Below are positions 11,726 through 17,558 of a stretch of DNA of 17,558 nt, one piece after another; the first letter of the stretch is position 1; each line of letters begins with the position of its first letter. The stretch lies in IMG/VR virus record IMGVR_UViG_2675903278_000001; one strand, written 5' to 3'. The stretch is from a virus (taxonomy: Duplodnaviria; Heunggongvirae; Uroviricota; Caudoviricetes). The position numbers and the translations under genes are program-made. The notes below the pieces were generated by a model, which worked only from the letters and a program-made list of their open reading frames with translations, had not been told where the DNA came from and made no database searches.

Positions 11726-12148
11726 ATGTTCCTGAAAACCGAATCATTTGAACATAACGGTGTGACCGTCACGCTTTCTGAACTGTCAGCCCTGCAGCGT
11801 ATTGAGCATCTCGCCCTGATGAAACGGCAGGCAGAACAGGCGGAGTCAGACAGCAACCGGAAGTTTACTGTGGAAGACGCCATCAAAACCGGCGCGTTTC
11901 TGGTGGCGATGTCCCTGTGGCATAACCATCCGCAGAAGACGCAGATGCCGTCCATGAATGAAGCCGTTAAACAGATTGAGCAGGAAGTGCTTACCACCTG
12001 GCCCACGGAGGCAATTTCTCATGCTGAAAACGTGGTGTACCGGCTGTCTGGTATGTATGAGTTTGTGGTGAATAATGCCCCTGAACAGACAGAGGACGCC
12101 GGGCCCGCAGAGCCTGTTTTTGCGGGAAAGTGTTCGACGGTGAGCTGA
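11726..12148 (+). CDS. G: Tail assembly chaperone G
   Basis: 140 aa (MFLKTESFEHNGVTVTLSELSALQRIEHLALMKRQAEQ...), the length and position of lambda gpG. Ends just after the slippery heptamer. Confidence 0.94.
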   Translation: MFLKTESFEHNGVTVTLSELSALQRIEHLALMKRQAEQAESDSNRKFTVEDAIKTGAFLVAMSLWHNHPQKTQMPSMNEAVKQIEQEVLTTWPTEAISHAENVVYRLSGMYEFVVNNAPEQTEDAGPAEPVFAGKCSTVS

Positions 12149-12564
12149 GTTTTGCCCTGAAACTGGCGCGTGAGATGGGGCGACCCGACTGGCGTGCCAT
12201 GCTTGCCGGGATGTCATCCACGGAGTATGCCGACTGGCACCGCTTTTACAGTACCCATTATTTTCATGATGTTCTGCTGGATATGCACTTTTCCGGGCTG
12301 ACGTACACCGTGCTCAGCCTGTTTTTCAGCGATCCGGATATGCATCCGCTGGATTTCAGTTTGCTGAACCGGCGTGAGGCTGACGAAGAGCCTGAAGATG
12401 ATGTGCTGATGCAGAAAGCGGCAGGGCTTGCCGGAGGTGTCCGCTTTGGCCCGGACGGGAATGAAGTTATCCCTACTTCCCCGGATGTGGCGGACATGAC
12501 GGAGGATGACGTAATGCTGATGACAGTATCAGAAGGGATCGCAGGAGGAGTCCGGTATGGCTGA
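11726..12564 (+). CDS. T: Tail assembly chaperone G-T fusion, made by programmed -1 ribosomal frameshift at GGGAAAG (12124-12130)
   Basis: Slippery heptamer G GGA AAG sits in the G zero frame at 12124-12130. The -1 frame ORF (track 12130-12564, 144 aa) continues to 12564 and overlaps the H start, as in lambda. Confidence 0.85.
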
Positions 12565-15118
12565 ACCGGTAGGCGATCTGGTCGTTGATTTGAGTCTGGA
12601 TGCGGCCAGATTTGACGAGCAGATGGCCAGAGTCAGGCGTCATTTTTCCGGTACGGAAAGTGATGCGAAAAAAACAGCGGCAGTCGTTGAACAGTCGATG
12701 AACCGGCAGGCGCTGGCTGCACAGAAAGCGGGAATTTCCGTCGGGCAGTATAAAGCCGCCATGCGTATGCTGCCTGCGCAGTTCACTGACGTGGCCACGC
12801 AGCTTGCAGGCGGGCAAAGTCCGTGGCTGATCCTGCTGCAACAGGGGGGTCAGGTGAAGGACTCCTTCGGCGGGATGATCCCCATGTTCCGGGGGCTTGC
12901 CGGTGCGATCACCCTGCCGATGGTGGGGGCCACCTCGCTGGCGGTGGCGACCGGTGCGCTGGCGTATGCCTGGTATCAGGGCAACTCAACCCTGTCCGAT
13001 TTCAACAAAACGCTGGTCCTTTCCGGCAATCAGGCCGGGCTGACGGCAGATCGTATGCTGGTCCTGTCCAGAGCCGGGCAGGCGGCAGGGCTGACGTTTA
13101 ACCAGACCAGCGAGTCACTCAGCGCACTGGTTAAGGCGGGGGTAAGCGGTGAGGCTCAGATTGCGTCCATCAGCCAGAGTGTGGCGCGTTTCTCCTCTGC
13201 ATCCGGCGTGGAGGTGGACAAGGTCGCTGAAGCCTTCGGGAAGCTGACCACTGACCCGACGTCGGGGCTGACAGCGATGGCGCGCCAGTTCCATAACGTG
13301 ACGGCGGAGCAGATTGCGTATGTTGCTCAGTTGCAGCGTTCCGGCGAAGAAGCCGGGGCATTGCAGGCGGCGAACGAGGCCGCGACGAAAGGGTTTGATG
13401 ACCAGACCCGCCGCCTGAAAGAGAACATGGGCACGCTGGAAACCTGGGCAGACAGGACAGCACGGGCATTCAAATCCATGTGGGATGCGGTGCTGGATAT
13501 TGGTCGTCCTGATACCGCGCAGGAGATGCTGATTAAGGCAGAGGCCGCGTTTAAGAAAGCGGACGATATCTGGAATCTGCGCAAGGATGATTATTTTGTT
13601 AACGATGAAGCGCGGGCGCGTTACTGGGATGATCGTGAAAAGGCCCGTCTTGCGCTTGAAGCCGCCCGAAAGAAGGCTGAGCAGCAGAGTCAACAGGACA
13701 AAAATGCGCAGCAGCAGAGCGATACCGAAGCGTCACGGCTGAAATATACCGAAGAGGCGCAGAAGGCTTACGAACGGCTGCAGACGCCGCTGGAGAAATA
13801 TACCGCCCGTCAGGAAGAACTGAACAAGGCACTGAAAGACGGGAAAATCCTGCAGGCGGATTACAACACGCTGATGGCGGCGGCGAAAAAGGATTATGAA
13901 GCGACGCTGAAAAAGCCGAAACAGTCCGGCGTGAAGGTGTCTGCGGGCGATCGTCAGGAAGACAGTGCTCATGCTGCCCTGCTGACGCTTCAGGCAGAAC
14001 TCCGGACGCTGGAGAAGCATGCCGGAGCAAATGAGAAAATCAGCCAGCAGCGCCGGGATTTGTGGAAGGCGGAGAGTCAGTTCGCGGTACTGGAGGAGGC
14101 GGCGCAACGTCGCCAGCTGTCTGCACAGGAGAAATCCCTGCTGGCGCATAAAGATGAGACGCTGGAGTACAAACGCCAGCTGGCTGCACTTGGCGACAAG
14201 GTTACGTATCAGGAGCGCCTGAACGCGCTGGCGCAGCAGGCGGATAAATTCGCACAGCAGCAACGGGCAAAACGGGCCGCCATTGATGCGAAAAGCCGGG
14301 GGCTGACTGACCGGCAGGCAGAACGGGAAGCCACGGAACAGCGCCTGAAGGAACAGTATGGCGATAATCCGCTGGCGCTGAATAACATCATGTCAGAGCA
14401 GAAAAAGACCTGGGCGGCTGAAGACCAGCTTCGCGGGAACTGGATGGCAGGCCTGAAGTCCGGCTGGAGTGAGTGGGAAGAGAGCGCCACGGACAGTATG
14501 TCGCAGGTAAAAAGTGCAGCCACGCAGACCTTTGATGGTATTGCACAGAATATGGCGGCGATGCTGACCGGCAGTGAGCAGAACTGGCGCAGCTTCACCC
14601 GTTCCGTGCTGTCCATGATGACAGAAATTCTGCTTAAGCAGGCAATGGTGGGGATTGTCGGGAGTATCGGCAGCGCCATTGGCGGGGCTGTTGGTGGCGG
14701 CGCATCCGCGTCAGGCGGTACAGCCATTCAGGCCGCTGCGGCGAAATTCCATTTTGCAACCGGAGGATTTACGGGAACCGGCGGCAAATATGAGCCAGCG
14801 GGGATTGTTCACCGTGGTGAGTTTGTCTTCACGAAGGAGGTAACCAGCCGGATTGGCGTGGGGAATCTTTACCGGCTGATGCGCGGCTATGCCACCGGCG
14901 GTTATGTCGGTACACCGGGCAGCATGGCAGACAGCCGGTCGCAGGCGTCCGGGACGTTTGAGCAGAATAACCATGTGGTGATTAACAACGACGGCACGAA
15001 CGGGCAGATAGGTCCGGCTGCTCTGAAGGCGGTGTATGACATGGCCCGCAAGGGTGCCCGTGATGAAATTCAGACACAGATGCGTGATGGTGGCCTGTTC
15101 TCCGGAGGTGGACGATGA
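12557..15118 (+). CDS. H: Tail tape-measure protein H
   Basis: 853 aa, exactly the lambda gpH length, with helical repeat-rich composition. Sits between G/T and M. Confidence 0.96.
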   Translation: MAEPVGDLVVDLSLDAARFDEQMARVRRHFSGTESDAKKTAAVVEQSMNRQALAAQKAGISVGQYKAAMRMLPAQFTDVATQLAGGQSPWLILLQQGGQVKDSFGGMIPMFRGLAGAITLPMVGATSLAVATGALAYAWYQGNSTLSDFNKTLVLSGNQAGLTADRMLVLSRAGQAAGLTFNQTSESLSALVKAGVSGEAQIASISQSVARFSSASGVEVDKVAEAFGKLTTDPTSGLTAMARQFHNVTAEQIAYVAQLQRSGEEAGALQAANEAATKGFDDQTRRLKENMGTLETWADRTARAFKSMWDAVLDIGRPDTAQEMLIKAEAAFKKADDIWNLRKDDYFVNDEARARYWDDREKARLALEAARKKAEQQSQQDKNAQQQSDTEASRLKYTEEAQKAYERLQTPLEKYTARQEELNKALKDGKILQADYNTLMAAAKKDYEATLKKPKQSGVKVSAGDRQEDSAHAALLTLQAELRTLEKHAGANEKISQQRRDLWKAESQFAVLEEAAQRRQLSAQEKSLLAHKDETLEYKRQLAALGDKVTYQERLNALAQQADKFAQQQRAKRAAIDAKSRGLTDRQAEREATEQRLKEQYGDNPLALNNIMSEQKKTWAAEDQLRGNWMAGLKSGWSEWEESATDSMSQVKSAATQTFDGIAQNMAAMLTGSEQNWRSFTRSVLSMMTEILLKQAMVGIVGSIGSAIGGAVGGGASASGGTAIQAAAAKFHFATGGFTGTGGKYEPAGIVHRGEFVFTKEVTSRIGVGNLYRLMRGYATGGYVGTPGSMADSRSQASGTFEQNNHVVINNDGTNGQIGPAALKAVYDMARKGARDEIQTQMRDGGLFSGGGR

Positions 15119-15444
15119 AGACCTTCCGCTGGAAAGTGAAACCCGGTATGGATGTGGCTTCGGTCCCTTCTGTAAGAAAGGTGCGCTTTGGTGATGGCTA
15201 TTCTCAGCGAGCGCCTGCCGGGCTGAATGCCAACCTGAAAACGTACAGCGTGACGCTTTCTGTCCTCCGTGAGGAGGCCACGGTACTGGAGTCGTTTCTG
15301 GAAGAGCACGGGGGCTGGAAATCCTTTCTGTGGACGCCGCCTTATGAGTGGCGGCAGATAAAGGTGACCTGCGCAAAATGGTCGTCGCGGGTCAGTATGT
15401 TGCGTGTTGAGTTCAGCGCAGAGTTTGAACAGGTGGTGAACTGA
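15115..15444 (+). CDS. M: Tail tip protein M
   Basis: 109 aa (MKTFRWKVKPGMDVASVPSVRKVRFGDGYSQRAPAGLNANLKTYS...), the length and position of lambda gpM. 4-nt overlap with H. Confidence 0.94.
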   Translation: MKTFRWKVKPGMDVASVPSVRKVRFGDGYSQRAPAGLNANLKTYSVTLSVLREEATVLESFLEEHGGWKSFLWTPPYEWRQIKVTCAKWSSRVSMLRVEFSAEFEQVVN

Positions 15445-16142
15445 TGCAGGATATCCGGCAGGAAACACTGAATGAATGCACCCGTGCGGAGCAGTCGGCC
15501 AGCGTGGTGCTCTGGGAAATCGACCTGACAGAGGTCGGTGGAGAACGTTATTTTTTCTGTAATGAGCAGAACGAAAAAGGTGAGCCGGTCACCTGGCAGG
15601 GGCGACAGTATCAGCCGTATCCCATTCAGGGGAGCGGTTTTGAACTGAATGGCAAAGGCACCAGTACGCGCCCCACGCTGACGGTTTCTAACCTGTACGG
15701 TATGGTCACCGGGATGGCGGAAGATATGCAGAGTCTGGTCGGCGGAACGGTGGTCCGGCGTAAGGTTTACGCCCGTTTTCTGGATGCGGTGAACTTCGTC
15801 AACGGAAACAGCGAAGCCGATCCGGAGCAGGAGGTGATCAGCCGCTGGCGCATTGAGCAGTGCAGCGAACTGAGCGCGGTGAGTGCCTCCTTTGTACTGT
15901 CCACGCCGACGGAAACGGATGGCGCTGTTTTTCCGGGACGTATCATGCTGGCCAACACCTGCACCTGGACCTATCGCGGTGACGAGTGCGGTTATAGCGG
16001 TCCGGCTGTCGCGGATGAATATGACCAGCCAACGTCCGATATCACGAAGGATAAATGCAGCAAATGCCTGAGCGGTTGTAAGTTCCGCAATAACGTCGGC
16101 AACTTTGGCGGCTTCCTTTCCATTAACAAACTTTCGCAGTAA
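15444..16142 (+). CDS. L: Tail tip protein L (Cys-cluster, Fe-S-binding C-terminus)
   Basis: 232 aa, the length and position of lambda gpL. The C-terminus carries clustered cysteines (CTWTYRGDECGYSG...KDKCSKCLSGCKF). Confidence 0.94.
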   Translation: MQDIRQETLNECTRAEQSASVVLWEIDLTEVGGERYFFCNEQNEKGEPVTWQGRQYQPYPIQGSGFELNGKGTSTRPTLTVSNLYGMVTGMAEDMQSLVGGTVVRRKVYARFLDAVNFVNGNSEADPEQEVISRWRIEQCSELSAVSASFVLSTPTETDGAVFPGRIMLANTCTWTYRGDECGYSGPAVADEYDQPTSDITKDKCSKCLSGCKFRNNVGNFGGFLSINKLSQ

Positions 16143-16147
16143 ATCCC

Positions 16148-16891
16148 ATGACACAGACAGAATCAGCGATTCTGGCGCACGCCCGGCGATGTGCGCCAGC
16201 GGAGTCGTGCGGCTTCGTGGTAAGCACGCCGGAGGGGGAAAGATATTTTCCCTGCGTGAATATCTCCGGTGAGCCGGAGGCGTATTTCCGTATGTCGCCG
16301 GAAGACTGGCTGCAGGCAGAAATGCAGGGTGAGATTGTGGCGCTGGTCCACAGCCACCCCGGTGGTCTGCCCTGGCTGAGTGAGGCCGACCGGCGGCTGC
16401 AGGTGCAGAGTGATTTGCCGTGGTGGCTGGTCTGCCGGGGGACGATTCATAAGTTCCGCTGTGTGCCGCATCTCACCGGGCGGCGCTTTGAGCACGGTGT
16501 GACGGACTGTTACACACTGTTCCGGGATGCTTATCATCTGGCGGGGATTGAGATGCCGGACTTTCATCGTGAGGATGACTGGTGGCGTAACGGCCAGAAT
16601 CTCTATCTGGATAATCTGGAGGCCACAGGGCTGTATCAGGTGCCGTTGTCATCAGCACAACCGGGCGATGTGCTGCTGTGCTGTTTTGGTTCATCGGTGC
16701 CGAATCATGCCGCCATTTACTGTGGTGATGGCGAGCTGCTGCACCATATTCCTGAACAACTGAGCAAACGAGAGAGGTATACCGACAAATGGCAGCGACG
16801 CACACACTCCCTCTGGCGTCACCGGGCATGGCGCGCATCTGCCTTTACGGGGATTTACAACGATTTGGCCGCCGCATCGACCTTCGAGTGA
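16148..16891 (+). CDS. K: Tail tip assembly protein K (JAB/MPN metalloprotease-like N-domain plus NlpC/P60-like C-domain); start uncertain, internal alternative at 16292
   Basis: 247-aa ORF starting 6 nt after the L stop. Contains HSHPGG...SEAD (JAMM-like H-x-H...S-x-x-D) and, downstream, DCYTLF and NHAAIY (Cys and His of an NlpC/P60-like fold). The internal ATG at 16292 (MSPEDWLQAEMQG...) would give the shorter classical lambda K. Confidence 0.85.
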   Translation: MTQTESAILAHARRCAPAESCGFVVSTPEGERYFPCVNISGEPEAYFRMSPEDWLQAEMQGEIVALVHSHPGGLPWLSEADRRLQVQSDLPWWLVCRGTIHKFRCVPHLTGRRFEHGVTDCYTLFRDAYHLAGIEMPDFHREDDWWRNGQNLYLDNLEATGLYQVPLSSAQPGDVLLCCFGSSVPNHAAIYCGDGELLHHIPEQLSKRERYTDKWQRRTHSLWRHRAWRASAFTGIYNDLAAASTFE

Positions 16892-17430
16892 AAACGGGGT
16901 CCGAAGCCATCCGGGCGCTGGCCATGCAGATCCCGGCATTTCGTCAGAAACTGAGCGACGGCTGGTACCAGGTACGCATTGCCGGGCGTGATGCAGGTGA
17001 AACCGAATTGTCTGCCCGTCTTAATGAGCCGCTGGAAAATGGTGCCGTGATCCATATCGTGCCGCGTCTGGCAGGAGCCAAAAGTGGCGGTGTGTTTCAG
17101 GCTGTGCTGGGGGCGGCTGTTATGGCGGTTGCTATATGGATGCCGGGGGTAGGAATTATGGCGAGTAATCTGCTGTTTTCTCTCGGTGCCAGTATGACGC
17201 TTGGCGGTGTTGCACAGATGCTGGCCCCTAAACCCAAAACCCCCCGCACACAGACAACGGATAACGGCAAACAGAATACCTATTTTTCTTCACTGGATAA
17301 CATGGTTGCCCAGGGCAATGTTCTGCCGGTTCTGTACGGTGAAATGCGCGTGGGGTCACGCGTGGTTTCTCAGGAGATCAGCACGGCAGACGAAGGGGAT
17401 GGTGGTCAGGTTGTGGTGATTGGTCGCTGA
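16789..17430 (+). CDS. I: Tail tip assembly protein I
   Basis: 213 aa (MAATHTLPLASPGMARICLYGDLQRFGRRIDLRVKTG...GDGGQVVVIGR). Overlaps the K 3' end by ~100 nt in another frame, as in lambda. Confidence 0.9.
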   Translation: MAATHTLPLASPGMARICLYGDLQRFGRRIDLRVKTGSEAIRALAMQIPAFRQKLSDGWYQVRIAGRDAGETELSARLNEPLENGAVIHIVPRLAGAKSGGVFQAVLGAAVMAVAIWMPGVGIMASNLLFSLGASMTLGGVAQMLAPKPKTPRTQTTDNGKQNTYFSSLDNMVAQGNVLPVLYGEMRVGSRVVSQEISTADEGDGGQVVVIGR

Positions 17431-17447
17431 TGCAAAATGTTTTATGT

Positions 17448-17469
17448 GAAACCGCCTCCGGGCGGTTTT
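17448..17469 (+). other. Hairpin in the I-J intergenic region (ACCGCC-tccg-GGCGGT followed by TTT)
   Basis: gaaACCGCCtccgGGCGGTtttatcgttt: 6-8 bp GC-rich stem with a short T-run. Probably an RNA-stability or weak pause element. Confidence 0.35.
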
Positions 17470-17490
17470 ATCGTTTATGGAGCATGACGA

Positions 17491-17558
17491 ATGGGTAAAG
17501 GCAGCAGTAAGGGGCATACCCCGCGCGAAGCGAAGGACAACCTGAAGTCCACGCAGCT
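17491..17558 (+). CDS. J: Central tail fibre / host-specificity protein J, 5' end only (continues past the window)
   Basis: ATG at 17491 followed by MGKGSSKGHTPREAKDNLKSTQ, the lambda gpJ N-terminus. GGAG lies upstream. Confidence 0.9.
   Translation, partial: MGKGSSKGHTPREAKDNLKSTQ

Noticed and set aside
13733-14263. 176-aa minus-strand ORF (and several 85-190 aa neighbours) antisense to tape-measure gene H
   Set aside because: Antisense to the well-supported 853-aa H. The translations are R/L/Q-rich mirror images of the H coiled-coil codons.
14711-16154. 221-aa and 270-aa minus-strand ORFs antisense to the H 3' end, M and L
   Set aside because: They overlap three collinear, length-conserved plus-strand tail genes and are most likely GC-rich antisense artefacts.

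Overview
This window is the late (morphogenetic) region of a lambda-like prophage, close to coliphage lambda itself throughout. All gene assignments rest on reading the supplied ORF translations against lambda proteins and lambda gene order from memory; no search was run. Left to right: (i) 1-297 is the terminal ~297 bp of an IS1 element (minus orientation, partial insA) inserted into the spanin gene Rz, leaving a 3' Rz remnant and an apparently intact embedded Rz1 lipoprotein gene; (ii) 629-1119 is an ORF-poor spacer with two hairpins; (iii) 1120-1820 is an AT-rich minus-strand two-gene cassette (ribbon-helix-helix-like small protein plus a ~136-141 aa protein of unknown function), the most interesting candidate for an uncharacterised accessory module; (iv) 1990-2190 is the cos site (cosQ/cosN/cosB); (v) 2209-17558 is the collinear head and tail operon nu1-A-W-B-C/nu3-D-E-FI-FII-Z-U-V-G/T-H-M-L-K-I and the first 68 nt of J, all on the plus strand with the short overlaps typical of the lambda late operon. 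cos lying internally between the lysis and terminase genes indicates an integrated or concatemeric context, not virion ends. Long minus-strand ORFs inside the GC-rich structural genes are treated as antisense artefacts. No tRNA, rRNA or CRISPR array was recognised.
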